62,680 bases of DNA, filler included, from Porpidia crustulata (GCA_964255105.1; 23 parts of 23 records of this genome joined end to end with filler, not necessarily neighbours in it); one strand, 5' to 3'. Positions 23,571-37,427 are shown, numbered from the whole stretch's first letter. The notes: generated by a model not told the origin, from the sequence alone. Made by a program: numbers and translations.

Positions 23571-24633
23571 ATGGCTTCAATCTGTAGGCTGAGGCCATTG
23601 GCCTTTAGGCTCCCCTCGACCTTACTGCCGCAAGTGGTCCGGCCATACTCTGCATCTGCTTCGTCCTATGAGACTCTGCTGGTGTCCTCGCCAAAGCCAG
23701 GCGTTGGTCTTAGTATGGCTCCTGACTTCCTCATTCTCCTCGTACACTCAAGTTTCGTGTACATACGCTGACGTAACAGTCATCCATCAGTCACGCTCAA
23801 TCGTCCCAAAGCCTACAACGCCCTGTCGTCGGCAGTCTTCCTTGAGTTGAACGATGCCCTGCGGAAGTTTGATGATGACAAGGACACTGGCGCCATTGTG
23901 CTTACTGGGAGCGAGAAAGCCTTTGCAGGTACGAATTCAAAGGAATCTCACGTGGTATTGGTCTGCTGATACCGTAACCTCACCATAGCGGGCGCGGACA
24001 TTAAAGAGATGAAAGATCTCACATTCAGCCAAGCGTACAATACCAACTTTATCGCACTGTGGTCCTCTACTATCCCCAATATTTGTAAACCTATCATTGC
24101 GGCAGTCAACGGCTTCGCCTTGGGCGGTGGATGCGAATTAGCCATGATGGCCGACATAATCTACTGCTCATCCTCCGCAACTTTCGGCCAGCCAGAAATC
24201 TCTCTTGGAATCATCCCCGGGGCAGGCGGTAGCCAAAGGCTGACGAGAGCCGTCGGCAAGAGCCGAGCGATGGAGCTCATACTAACGGGGAAGAAATTCT
24301 CCGGTAAAGAAGCCGTCGAGTGGGGGCTAGCGTCCAAGCTTTTCGAGACCGCGGAAGACTGCAAGGAGGGAGCATTGGCAACGGCGGAGCAGATTACAGG
24401 GCTTTCAACCGTTGCTGTGAGTGCGGCGAAGGAGGTGGTCAACAAGAGCCAAGAACTGGGATTGAGGGACGGGCTGGATTACGAAAGGAAAGTCTTCCAT
24501 AGCCTGTTTGGAAGTAAGGATCAGAAAATTGGTGAGTTTTGACGATACATCGACAGCGTTTCGTTGCTGACTGGAAGTCTCAGGGATGACCGCGTTCGTG
24601 GAGAAAAAGAAGCCCGCGTGGGCGAATGAGTAG
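23571..24633 (+). CDS. Mitochondrial enoyl-CoA hydratase; introns 23713-23790, 23929-23988, 24532-24583
   Basis: Arg/Ser-rich presequence, ITLNRPKAYNAL, KAFAAGADIKEM, AVNGFALGGGCELAM, FGQPEISLGIIPGAGGSQRL, GMTAFVEKK. Divergent from RER1 across about 290 bp. Confidence 0.95.
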
Positions 24634-25999
24634 CATCAAATTTAATTAAATACCTTCCGATCTACAGAGAAATTGGTGAGATGTGAAACGCCGGAACAAG
24701 TCGACCATCGCAGTGAAGCTAGTTATGGTTGGATGTTGTTGAACAACGCCACATCTTACACAATCGTCGGTGAGCCCACACACTATCATTCGCCTGCGGA
24801 AACATCCTCACGAAAGCATCTTTTTCCTTTCTACTCGAGTCTCCTAGCATACCATTAACCACCCATCCGGCCCCCCTCCAAAACGTCCTTATCCAACCCN
24901 NNNNNNNNNNNNNNNNNNNNNNNNNNNNNNNNNNNNNNNNNNNTTAATTAATTAANNNNNNNNNNNNNNNNNNNNNNNNNNNNNNNNNNNNNNNNNNNNG
25001 TGCTTTACGCGCTCGAATGGAATTTTCCGGCGTTCGTGGCACTTGGAGGTTGGATACTTGTCTTCAATGATGCGTTCAGCAGAGATTGAGATTCAGACAT
25101 TACTCCTCCAGAGTTTATGGATGTTGGTGCGGGAGTGAGGGGATAGATATAAGTTAGATATGCTGATATATTTATCCTTGTAGTCAAATGATTTTTATGT
25201 TTTTGTTGAAGACAGCTGAAGACCGTATCTTTGGTACAGCCCTAACCCTAGGTGCAATGGACCGGTGATGGGGTGTGGTCTGATGAGGGGTGGAAACGAG
25301 TAGCGCGATCAGTCCTATGCAAGCAGGTTCGGCCGAATCGGAACCTGTATCGACATAATTGGGATATTCAAATAAACTGTTAATGAAAACAAGGACATAG
25401 ATCTGATCAGATGAACAAATATGCGAGGAGTGTGTGAAATAAGAAGAATGTTGAAGTCTTTCTTCGAGATCCACTTGAGTGACTATCTCAGATGTACCCA
25501 GCTAAGCTGAATATGGATGGAGCTCGACGGAATGATTACCTACCTAGTAGACCTCGAGTCGCTTGGCTGAAATTCATCTTTGTATGTACTTGGTACTCAG
25601 CATCTCGTTGGGTGCGGAGGGGGTATCCGATACTTTCATCTACACATTATTATTGCCTTTATGCATCTGTTACAGTAATCTTGCTGACTGACTTTGTGCA
25701 AAGTCACCGAAATTAAATTTCATTTATCAAATTCAGAGTATTGGCTTTTATTCAGCTTAATGCTTGCACGGGTGGTCTGGAAAGTCTGACAGTGCGTTTT
25801 TTGGTGATTGCAATCTCGTCGTGCTATGAATTCTCTTTTGCTGCCCTTAAGCGTTATTCTGTTGGAAGTTAATATACATATATAATGGACTAGCCAAGAG
25901 TAATATGCGTTCGGATTTTGTACTACTTCTACTCAGCGTAAAATCATCTCTCGGTGTTCCCTTCATGTCGGTTGTGAAGCTTCCATTGCCAAATCCATC

Positions 26000-27143
26000 A
26001 TGTCCAAGCTTCTCGTTGTTGTGGGTGTCACAGGACAGCAGGTGAGGATTCATCACACTCGCAATTACCTCAATTGAGATATTTGCAGGGTGGTTCCGTT
26101 GCCGACGTATATGCCAATGAGCCAGGCTGGAAAGTACGAGGCATCACCCGAAACCCGAGCAAAGCCGCAGACTTGACGGCAAAAGGTATCGAAGCTGTCA
26201 AAGGAGATCTAAATGACAAGGAGTCTCTTGTCGCTGCCTTTGCAGGAGCGAATGCCATCTTTACCACCACCGATCCCTGGACCTTGTTCTTCGATCCGGT
26301 CACCCAAGAAAAGTTAAAGCCGGGCCAAACGCTGAATGAATATTGCTACGACGTCGAGGTTCAACAAGGCAAGAATGTCGCCGATGTTGCCGCTTCTGTC
26401 AAAGGCTTGGATCGTTTCATAGTGTCTGCTTTGTGTGACGTAAAAAAGTGGAGTGGAGGCAAGTATGCTTCGGTCTATCATTTCGACAGCAAGGCGAAGA
26501 TTGTCGAATACATCAGAGATGAATACCCGGAGTTGGCGGAGAAGATGTCAATCGTTCAATTGGGCGGGTACATGAACAACTGGAAAATGGGCGCGAAGCC
26601 AACAAAGGTAAACCCAACATATTTGGACTCCCGAAGTATGCTGATGATGTCCTGCAGCAAGCTGATGGCACATACCGCTTAACCGGCGTCGGCTCCGGCC
26701 ACAACCCCCTCACCCACTTCCATCCCTCGAGGGACACCGGATACGTAGTCCGCGCGGCCCTCCAAGCCCCGCCAGGAAAGAACATCCTCGCCGCCGGAAG
26801 CACGCTCTCCTGGTGCGAATATCTCCAGATCTGGTGCCACGCCAACAAAGTCCCCTACGGCGGGTACGACGAGCTTCCCATCGAGACGTTTGAGCGGAAC
26901 ATGCCTATACCGGGACTAGGCAAGGAGTATGGAGAGATGTTTCGGTTTATCGATGAGTTTGGGTATGCGGGCGGTGATCGAAGCGTGGTTCGCGTGCAGG
27001 ATGTAGGTTGAGTTTTTGAGAGTTTTTTTTTTGGACTTGGGATGGAGCTGATCGATGTGCTGTAGCTTGGGGTTCCGTGCCCGTTGACTACGTGGGAAGA
27101 GTATGTTAAGTTGGAGGACTGGTCTAGTATTCTCAGCACATGA
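26000..27143 (+). CDS. NmrA-like NAD(P)-binding protein; introns 26042-26088, 26608-26657, 27003-27065
   Basis: Spliced VVVGVTGQQGGSVA, VRGITRNPS, EVQQGKNVAD, HFDSKA, DTGYVV, FGYAGGD, LTTWEEYVKLEDWS. Confidence 0.9.
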
Positions 27144-30100
27144 TGGGAACGAGGACAGATGAATGTTCTTCGTGTCTTGTGTTGCGAGCTTTGCAAAGAA
27201 CAATTGTATTGGCGACTGGTATCCTTTTCACATACCGAATAAATAATTCAGTATAATTCACCATGAGGCGAGTAAGTTTTACTTACTGACCCGATGAAAA
27301 GAGTGGCCCTCCATCGCTTCAAGACTAGCCTTGAATTGAGTGCTCAATGGAAAGAAACCACCGAAGGTCCCGACTTTCAAATCCACTCTTCCCCTTCGTC
27401 ACTATCCTTCCTATTCAATCCAATCAATCCATCACTTCTTTCTCGCCCAAGTCAAACATAAGCTACCGTTCATCTCACGACCCTCCACCCTTTCCCAACC
27501 CCGCCGATCCACCCCTTTGGCTCACCAAATCTATCCCTCAATCGAACAACCTCCTATCTATACCCCTTACTACTTCTTATCAAATTACCCCATCAGCAAG
27601 ATCTCTACCAGACTTTTAGAAAGACTCATTGAAAATGGTCCTCGCACTTACCGTTNNNNNNNNNNNNNNNNNNNNNNNNNNNNNNNNNNNNNNNNNNNNT
27701 TAATTAATTAANNNNNNNNNNNNNNNNNNNNNNNNNNNNNNNNNNNNNNNNNNNNGGGTAGGAGCTGGGGGTTGTGGGTAGAGGTTGAGTCAGAGGATGA
27801 ATGTGATGGGTAGCGGGGGTTAGGTGAGCGGGAGGGTTGGTACCCTAAGCGAAGGATTGTGAAGTATTCGATTAACAGTGCTATGTCGTTCGCTCATCAA
27901 CTCATCCAATTGTAAGCTTTGAAATGTGAGCCTTGATTATCTTGAAGGGTCCGAGAGGAAGAAAATCGTATATGCTGCGCCCATTCCGTACCAGAGTCTA
28001 TTGCCTTGGCCTGAAGATTGCCCTTCCCAGCTGGAAATTTGAAGTCCTAGATTTGCAATACCAATGGAGAGATTGGATCACCTCAAGACTTGTCAGGGAT
28101 CAAGTTCACTACATTCAATGTACAGAAGCGTGTTTTGAGGAGTTCCGCGAATTTATAACGTTCCAGCATTAATGCCAGGCTTGAAAGGTGCGTAGGAAAC
28201 TTTCTAACGTAGGCATGACCTCTATAAATCTCAATCAAAGCTAATCAAATTAAAGTTAGTGTACTACACGGCAAAAGCTTTTCGAAGAATTCAATTGATA
28301 AGAACAACATTTGGAGAAATCGTCTGTTCTTAGGCCAATGTACTCAAACAGGTCAAATCTTGCAAGGCCCCGCTGAAGGATTCCTCGCCCACAAGAAGGA
28401 CCTCTAAGGTATGTCTTCAGTGGCCTTCTTTGTTCAGCAGATGTGAGACTCGGCCTCCATTTCCTCCCGAAAAATCCCCCAAGCGTCCAGGCCCAACATG
28501 GAAACTAACACCACTCATATTCTTGACTTTCGTTGTGATAAGAGACAACCAACATCCTTCTCTACCCGTCTGGGGGAAGCGAGAAAGTGTTGGCAATAGA
28601 GGCAAGAGGCATACCGCGCCAGCTTTAGTATGAGATCCTTGCAGGAAATATTCCATTCACCGACATATTTCGTCAAATACTTCTCCAGAAGAGAGAGCTT
28701 CATGTGGTAATAACAAAGGATTAGAGGCCAAAGGTCGGTCTTGATCCGATAAGTAGGACAATGCCAGAAACGGCGCGCCTTTGACGCTGGACGTGCTTGC
28801 AAGCTCTAGTATCAGAAATAATACTGTGCTATATAGCAATAATACTCTACCTTCCAGCATTTCGCGATAGAAAATTATCGTAGGATAGAGCGGCAGGCCC
28901 CCATCGTCGACAATAAGACTCGCTGCAGAGTCGATGGCAATTTCATAGGCCGCGTTTGGGTGACAACGTTCCCAGTTCTATCGCCATAGGAATAGCTCGC
29001 CAAGGGTATTGATAAGTCGCGTGCGATAGGAGATAGCCTCGTAGTCGGTGGTACGATGTTTGGTGGCATAGTCTGCTTGGATTTGATCATTATCCTCTAG
29101 AAGCCCTGGCATACTGACTAGTATCCCAGTAAGGCCATCCAATGGTGCTTGAAGCGGTGGTAAGTCCGAATTAAGTAGAGACTTCCATGACTCTCGCTCA
29201 AGGAATGTCCGGCGACGATGAGTCCAAGCGCCAATGATCTGTGACCGCTGATCAGTCGACCCTTACAAGAAAGATTTTAAAGGCCTACTATCTGCAAAAA
29301 AGCATGACCAAAATACCTGTGATCACGGAATGAGATCGACGTCATGCCTTTCCAACTAAGGTACTTCACTCACTCTCTGGCTGGTGGATGCCGATAAACG
29401 TCTGGCCCGTGAAACTCAATCAATTTCGCAATACCAGCAGCATGAATGAGGAATCCTTTCCGATTGTTCAAGACCCAAATCTTTTGGACAATCAGCTTTG
29501 ATCCTCTAGAATGGATGGCTAATTAACCTCGTATTGGCTCAACATGAGCGCGGCAGCTACATTGGCGGGCATTTTACATAACAAAGGATCTTGCAGATTG
29601 CGGTTTAGGCGATGTAAAGCCCTTCCATAGTGAACGGCTCCCATACGTTGAAACCCAGGTTCAAGATGGTACAGGCCTGTCCTCAGTCACTTATTGAGCA
29701 GAATCGATGGCTATCAACACTTACGCGCGCAGAACCCTGTTGCTAAACAGCTGGCTGCGTCGAATACAAGCGATGTTTGATCCGCCTTAAGTGCATCGAG
29801 TAACCACCAACGGTTTGTCGTGGTCTGCTAGATTAAAGTCAGTATCAAAATATCACTCCTACCACGCGACCCCGGACCAACGCACGTCTATTCGGCGATT
29901 GGGAGGGAAGAAAGAATATTCCAAGTGTGATATAAAAATATCCTATCGATAATATCAGCGTCTAATTCTCCTAATGGAAGAACCCACGAACCGACTGGAA
30001 GCCTTGCAAACTGAGGTGACTCGGGACTGATTGTGGCGCGTGTAGTTGCCTACGCACTAATTCCAGCGCTTCTTGCGTATCCGGTTGCTTCTTCTCCTCA

Positions 30101-31770
30101 ACCCGAGCCGGTGGATCCTGGAATCGTCTTCCTAATCATGATTAAGATTGGGGTTCGGTATGGGGAATCTTTGACAAACCCTCGTCGACGAATATTCGAA
30201 CCTGCTGATACCCGTCGCAGATCATGTACGCACGTTCACAACGGCCACAAAACGGTCTTGCCTCATCTGTCATATGTCAATTTGTCGTTTAGTCAGGCAT
30301 GAAGCATTAATAACTTGCCACACTTGACTTTTCTCTTCTTGCAAGTAATGTGTTAGGGGCCAATTGACCGCCATACACTAGTTAGTCATCCATGGTCAAT
30401 TGACNNNNNNNNNNNNNNNNNNNNNNNNNNNNNNNNNNNNNNNNNNNNTTAATTAATTAANNNNNNNNNNNNNNNNNNNNNNNNNNNNNNNNNNNNNNNN
30501 NNNNTGTAACGACTGTGATGAAGTGAATTGAAAGCCTGTTTTGTGTAAATTGATCGGAGATTGATACGATGGGGGGCTTGGATTCTCTTATACATCTCAT
30601 TGATGGTATGAAATTAGGATGGCCAAGGGAATCATTTGTCTTTCATTGCCTACCTCAGATATGGTGGACATCTGAAGCTCAATGAGCCACCCAAGCAAAT
30701 AATCTCAAGGTAAGTTGCCGAACCCAACATACCGAAGACAAGAGTGGTAGCGACAGAATTTCGATACTCTATTCCTTTGTTATAGCCATTAAGAATCGTA
30801 TTTAGAAGGACTTTTTCATGAATGACAATTAGAACAGTCGGTCAACAACACCTTAGAACAAAGAACAACGGCATTACTGATGCTTATTGTATGCCCTTTT
30901 TGTGTGTCAATAGGAATATATCTTTGAAGAATCATTTCGGACGTGCTCATGGCGCAGCTCCGAGCGAGCATTATTGAAGTGTCTCGACTTGCTATCTTTG
31001 GCAATCTTTAGCCGAGTATCTCGAAATGGAAAGCAGAGTACAAGAGTCTCTGCCCAATTTGAGTACAGAATCCTCGTTTTCGATCTAGCGGCAGACAGGT
31101 CGATTGTGTTTTGCAGCTAAATGATTATTGCTGCTCTGACCATTGCATGATACAGCAAAATAACCAGGCTATGATCCCATATTATAGAATGTAACGTACA
31201 TGATTGCTGGAAAGCTTTGGCTTGAAACCTCTTGAGGAGCTGAGAAGATTCGGGAGCTGATCTCTGACAACTTCTGCTTCGAGTGGCTTTCTGACATATA
31301 GATCAACGACTTGGTTGCGAAGCCAATGACTCGTCTCGGCCCTTCGGCGTGAGAGGAAAAGAAAACATTGAGAATGCACGAAAACGATACAGCAGACAAA
31401 AGGAGACAACATATACAGTCCACCATCCGTTCCAGTGATGAATAGATTGTGGTCGAAATCGATTCAACATTCTTTGGCATTGGACCTTATCTAGAAAGTA
31501 TCGTGAAACTGTTCTGCACGTACGTATCTAGGAGTCGTCGACAACTGGGACGACTATACGGATAGTAAAGTGCCTATTCTAGAGGATAGAATGGTAGAGC
31601 AACGCAGTCTCATCCGGGCTTGATGATGAAATTCGGAGATCATCGACCCGAAGGCCCCTGATGTCATAGTTACGTTATTGCCCTCTGTGCACATTTATAT
31701 TATTATTATTTCAATAATAATGTTACTGCAGCAGGCCTATAATTCCTCCTCTAATCACAAAAGAAGCAAT

Positions 31771-32700
31771 ATGGCAGCCTCTCAAGCAGCCAAGAGAATT
31801 GTCTTTACCGGTGGCAGTGGTAAAGCCGGCCGTCACGTGATCCCATATCTCCTCTCCCGCGGCCACTCAATACTCAATCTCGACCTCATTCCGTTGGCGG
31901 ATCCCAGAGTGTATACCCTGAAAACAGACCTCACAGACTCAGGCCAAGTCTTCAACGCTCTATCATCGCATTTCCACCTTGGCGAATACGAAAACAAACG
32001 TGGAAACCACGGGGCACCCGTGCAGCCCGTGGACGCCATCATTCATTTCGCCGCATATGCCAGAAACATGCTCGCGCCAGACAACGAGACCTTTCGCGCA
32101 AACGTGACAAGCACGTACAATGTCATCGAAGCGGCTTGCAAGCTCAGTATCAAGAAGATCATCATCGCAAGCAGCGAGACGACATACGGCGTCTGCTTTG
32201 CGCAGGGCGACTGCGATTACCACTCCTTCCCGCTGGAAGAGGATTACGACGTCGACCCGGAAGACTCGTACGCCTTGAGTAAAATCTGCGGCGAAAAGAC
32301 CGCTCGAACATTTGGCAGGCGCTTCCCCAGTACAGACATCTATGTACTAAGGATCGGAAATGTAATCGAGCCGCACGAGTACGAGCGGGATTTCCCAGCT
32401 TTCGTAAAAGATCCAGCCAGCAGGAAGAGGAACGCGTGGAGTTATATCGATGCGAGGGATCTAGGGCAGATTTGCGACTTGTGTGTTGGAAAGAACGGAC
32501 TTGGGTTCCAAATCTTCAATGCGACCAACTCGACCAATACCACGAAGATGACGACCGCTCAACTGCTGAAGGAACAGTGTCCCGATACACCTGTGACGAG
32601 AGAGATGGGGGAACTTGAAGCACCGCTGTCGAATAGGAAGATACGGGAGGTTTTGGGGTTTAAAGACAACCATACGTGGAGCGACTATGTCAATGTATAA
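31771..32700 (+). CDS. NAD-dependent epimerase/dehydratase (extended SDR), intronless
   Basis: TGGSGKAG, IIHFAA, ASSETTYG, YALSK (YxxxK), LRIGNV, WSYIDARDLG. Confidence 0.92.
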   Translation: MAASQAAKRIVFTGGSGKAGRHVIPYLLSRGHSILNLDLIPLADPRVYTLKTDLTDSGQVFNALSSHFHLGEYENKRGNHGAPVQPVDAIIHFAAYARNMLAPDNETFRANVTSTYNVIEAACKLSIKKIIIASSETTYGVCFAQGDCDYHSFPLEEDYDVDPEDSYALSKICGEKTARTFGRRFPSTDIYVLRIGNVIEPHEYERDFPAFVKDPASRKRNAWSYIDARDLGQICDLCVGKNGLGFQIFNATNSTNTTKMTTAQLLKEQCPDTPVTREMGELEAPLSNRKIREVLGFKDNHTWSDYVNV

Positions 32701-33901
32701 GGATGTAAGATAGCGAATATAGAAGTTGTCCAAACAGAATCCGAGGTTCCTTAAGGTACATTTCTAGTCCTTGTTTATAGTATCGCTTTTTAATCCCCCA
32801 TCATCTTCGCAGCATAATTGAGCACGACCATTGTTCTCCATTCTTCTCCTACAAACACAATTCACTTTCCAAACAGGCAACCATCTCACACACCATCTAC
32901 GAAGAAATACACCTTCAAGAATTCGCACATCCCTCCAACCTTTACAATACATCTCTTCTCCAGCATGTCCTTCCCTCTCATTTGTCGCATCGTGACCGGG
33001 CGCAAAAGCCCAGCCACAAGCCATCTCGTGGCTTTGACCGTCAGAATCGTTCCGCATCCGGCCAATAACACAACAACAGTCGCCACAAAAGAAAAACCAC
33101 CCCCCCCCCAAAACCCTCGCAGCCCAGACCCTCGCAACCTATTCTACNNNNNNNNNNNNNNNNNNNNNNNNNNNNNNNNNNNNNNNNNNNNTTAATTAAT
33201 TAANNNNNNNNNNNNNNNNNNNNNNNNNNNNNNNNNNNNNNNNNNNNGGACTAATTGTTGAACCGGCCATAGTAAGACACTCGATGAGATGTGTTTATAT
33301 TGTGACGATTTCCTCAAGATGTGATGGATGTTTCGATCAGGAATTTCTGTCGTTTTAGGTCATTTGCTTTTATAGTTAATGACCATGAATGGTCTTCGTT
33401 AAATTCGACAAACTTTGTGGACGTTTTGTTTTTTATTTCACGAATGGCTTGTCTAGAGAGGGTGCCGGCGATCAGCTTGACTGCTGACGCTTTTTGAAAC
33501 TTAGTGGTAGCTCCAGAAATAGATGCTAACATGATAAATTGCATATGTCCGAATGGAAATGCTCAAGTTCCAGAACTGAATGCCCACATAGAGTCTTCCA
33601 TCATTGAGCTTGAACGATCGGCTTGTATCGCTCCTTACCAAGCTAGCAGTAAGATGTGAGATAAGTCCGAACTGGATGCGACTGGTCTAAAAAGGCGTCG
33701 GGCTAAAGAAATTAGTCAAAGCGGCTCTAGTATTGGAAAAATTAATTAGACATTCAGAGTAGCCAGACAAAGTTCTTTTTAATCGCACAACTTTGACAGC
33801 CCAATCGCAAACAGTACTGTTCAGTATGTGTTTCAAATTAGATGGCCTGATCATGAGTCGAGTGAGAAGCTAGTAAAATTCGTAATTTGGTCCACCCTAA
33901 T

Positions 33902-34900
33902 CTATGGTGGAACAAATATGTCCTTTGGGCAATCCGAAATCTTTCCCATACCCGTCTCTACCGACGCCGAGTCCTGTGCAAATTCAATGAGATGTTGTGG
34001 AGGTACGAGACCGCGGAATTGGCTGAGGTAGGGTAGGAGTGACCGTAGAGTGGAGCGAAAGGCGTCGACGTCATATTGGCGACAAGCCAGCTCGAGAGGG
34101 TTCAGACGGGCCTCGAATACTTTGCGGGATTGTGCAGTGAGCGAATCGTCGAGAAAGCGTTCCAGATCATCGAATAAACTATGTAATTTCATTGGCGGAG
34201 GAGTATCACTCATCATCAGCCCAGACAGTGACAAGGTGGTGCGAATAGGGTTTCCCTGCTTATCAACAAATTCCGCTCGCCTGACCCGTATGGTTGAGAA
34301 AGGACGGAAGATCTGCTCGGCAATGTCATCGAAATCGAGAGGATCAGCGAATGTAATGTGGCTTTCTGGGTCGTGATCCTCGCTGTAAAATTCAAGTCGA
34401 ACCTTCAAGTGTTTTAAATTCGGAATTACATAAAGAATGTCAGATACGAAATCGAAGATTTTATCGGGAACACCCTTCGGGATCTCTATATGGAGCTTGA
34501 CGGAGATGTCCCACTTTAGGAAGCGGTGCGAAATTGTTCCACCAAGACGATATGGAGATATACCATCGAGAAGATCAACGCTAGAGCATTCGTCGTCGTA
34601 ACACAGTAATATATTTGCGCTCGCGATGTTTTGACAATATAGAATTTCATAACCGTCCGTATAGACTTGTCGGCATACACGCAAGATAGCTGGATAGAAC
34701 GTGAAGGTATTTTGGAGGCGTCTCTCAGAGATGTGTCCGTGATTATCATCGCACTTCTTTCCCAGTGGCTCGGGAGAGTAAAGAAGATATTGTAGAATCT
34801 GAACTCTGAGCTCGCGTGGTAACTGCAGCAGCGTGCATCCTTTGTGGCTGGCCTGCACTGATCTTCGTGTTGGAGGAGTTGACGACCGCTTTCGTTTCAT
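33902..34900 (-). CDS. F-box-like domain hypothetical protein
   Basis: LLQLPRELRVQILQYLL and PAILRVCRQVYTDGYEILY near the N-terminus. 332-aa intronless ORF. Confidence 0.7.
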   Translation of the reverse strand: MKRKRSSTPPTRRSVQASHKGCTLLQLPRELRVQILQYLLYSPEPLGKKCDDNHGHISERRLQNTFTFYPAILRVCRQVYTDGYEILYCQNIASANILLCYDDECSSVDLLDGISPYRLGGTISHRFLKWDISVKLHIEIPKGVPDKIFDFVSDILYVIPNLKHLKVRLEFYSEDHDPESHITFADPLDFDDIAEQIFRPFSTIRVRRAEFVDKQGNPIRTTLSLSGLMMSDTPPPMKLHSLFDDLERFLDDSLTAQSRKVFEARLNPLELACRQYDVDAFRSTLRSLLPYLSQFRGLVPPQHLIEFAQDSASVETGMGKISDCPKDIFVPP

Positions 34901-37427
34901 GTTACATTCTCAATAGCCTGGCAATGACAAGAATATATTAGCTGAATCCAAGAAATATCTAAAACAATTGAAAGACTGTGATGGGCTACCTATAGGATGA
35001 ACGTATCTCTATGTTACAGCTGAGGTAATCGCCAGCAGTGCAGTTGCAGTAATCTCCCCAGCGCGAAAAGTGTTGGCCAGATGCGCGTTGCTAAATTAGC
35101 GCCCAACCTCACCGCGCGGCAAGCCGGAGCACATAACGAACAACCAGTGAATGAAAGACAAAGAACATGCGACAACGAGATTGCTGTATTCCCTGCAGCA
35201 GGATCACAGCTGAGACACAGAGAAGCCAGCAGGCAGATTCATACAGATGCCGCCAGTCAATTAGGCCCAAACCATTAACCCTAGCCCTAGCCCTAGGCCC
35301 GCTGACCATTTGAGGGGTATATACGAGTACACAGATGAACAAATGTACGAAAGACGATCCATCAAAAGACTGACTTAGACTATCCGAGGTGACCAATTAG
35401 TGAAGATGAAAAGAAGAATGCAGATCTAGTGCAAAGTAAAACAAAAGTACAACGGCAAGCTCAACGAGAACAACGACGGAAACCCAAAGCCCGGAGGAAG
35501 CCTATAGATGGGAAAAGAAAAGACAAGTTAGCAACACCGTCTCCACCGCCAGAAGGACAAGCGTAAGCCTTCAAAGAAGCCTGGCTTCCTCCAAAGGGTC
35601 TCTAGACTTTGTTCAATCAAAATAAAGCGACAAGGATCTCGCGAATGGAAGCGAAACCGGATGAGAACAAATTGAATTTTGCTTGACTTGCGGAAAAGGG
35701 CCTTCTCCGAGCAAACCCTCAAATACATAAGGTTACGAGGCAACTCATCCGGCGGATGAGAGCCAGCGACTTCTCGATATGGCTTTACTTCTTTGAAAGT
35801 TGCATCTGGGATGAGATACACAGTTCTTCGAGAATGTAGTGGTTCTGGCTGACGGGCGGATTTTGCTGCATCTCTGCTGAATATCATNNNNNNNNNNNNN
35901 NNNNNNNNNNNNNNNNNNNNNNNNNNNNNNNTTAATTAATTAANNNNNNNNNNNNNNNNNNNNNNNNNNNNNNNNNNNNNNNNNNNNGGTTTGCTGGATG
36001 GATTGACGGTTTAAGGGGCAACGGGGGGAGGTAAGGGGTAAGAAGGGCAGGTCAAGAGGCGCAGAAGATGTACAACGGAAGAGAGAAGGCGAGAAGGAAG
36101 GAAGACAAGAGGAAGAGACAGGAACGAAATGGGGACCAAATGGAATCAGATGCGGAGGAACGAGGAAAAGATGATCCGTAGACGAGTCGGGGACGGAGTG
36201 TAATTGTGGTGATAGGTGGATGCCAAACTTGCGTGTTCGGATTCATCTTCATATACGGCCGGACAGCTACGTACACTGGACAACGAAAATTTTCCGCTCT
36301 AGCTCCGCCAAGATTCGCATCGAAAGGGAACTCGGTGCAGACTTAGACGATAGATAGAACAGGTATATTTCTCGCGAGGGCATTGGATGTTGGTAGACAG
36401 ACATAATTCGCCGTTCGATCACACTCAAGTGCGTGGTAACAGAGACGCGGATGAGACGATAGATAAGACTCACTCAATTGCTCCTTGACGTGACGGGTTT
36501 CTAATGTGGACGCGGTGATGATTAGAAGTTTGTCTACTTAATCTAAACATCGAGCGGAGAGAGACGATGAAGATGGATAGATTGGGGAAGATCACTTGAT
36601 AGTTGTTAGATTTTGGATAACTGAGAAATGAAAGAAATATTGAATAGAAAGATTTTACTCGATTTCATGGTTCGAGGTGGAAGACTTAGAGTGCTGGTGC
36701 GTACTCGATGATCAAGTTGTAATTCTGACGAACAAGTATCGAGATGACTTTTCATTATCTTGAAATCATGCAGTCATGGACCGGAATGTAACACGATGAT
36801 AAGAAGTCATCTACTACTAAAACCCAGAAGACGTTCCTGTCTACTGGGCCTTCAAGTCTAGATCGTCGATGTTGGCTGCCTTCGTCGTTGTAACATCGCC
36901 CTGTTCATCTTCTCTCCACGCTGAGACTCTCACCCTTTTTTTCCATTGGAATCTTTGGTTCTCTAGGCTCGTCACGGGCAACGGAGGCATGAATTTTCCA
37001 TCGATTCCCAAACGTGAATTGTCAAGATCGATACGTTTGAGGTTGACAGGAGACCATCCAAACTGGCATCGCGCATTAGCGCTGACCAACGTTCGGGTTC
37101 CTGAAACTTGTCACCACCGACTCACATCAATTGCTGTTATGCCCATGAACGGGGCCCAGTGCGATTGCTAGTCACTGCATAACAGTGATCGCATCTTGAA
37201 ATCGAGATGTTACAATATTGATAATGGGACCACTGAGAAGCTGGGTCAAGGAAGCGGAGCAATTAATGCCTCAGCCCAAAATGGATAGATGCTCTCAAAT
37301 CTAGGCAGCAGTTTCCCTTAGATAATTAGAAATCAGTACGCAGATTCAAACACTTTCAATCTCTGAAAGGGCTTGGATCTGCTCGGATATAGATCAAAGA
37401 AATACCGTTGACTCTTAGACTTGCACG

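Noticed and set aside
25240..25251. CCCTAACCCTAG as a telomerase RNA template or telomere
   Set aside because: Only about two units, lacks the full TAACCCTAA template, and no supporting structure is recognisable.
30180..30210. GCAGGTTCGAAT (minus strand) as part of a second tRNA
   Set aside because: The T-stem has no 3' partner, and no A box, acceptor stem or splice signals could be found to complete a cloverleaf.
35276..35297. TAACCCTAGCCCTAGCCCTAGG telomere-like tract
   Set aside because: Three degenerate units inside a contig; too short to call a telomere or healing site.
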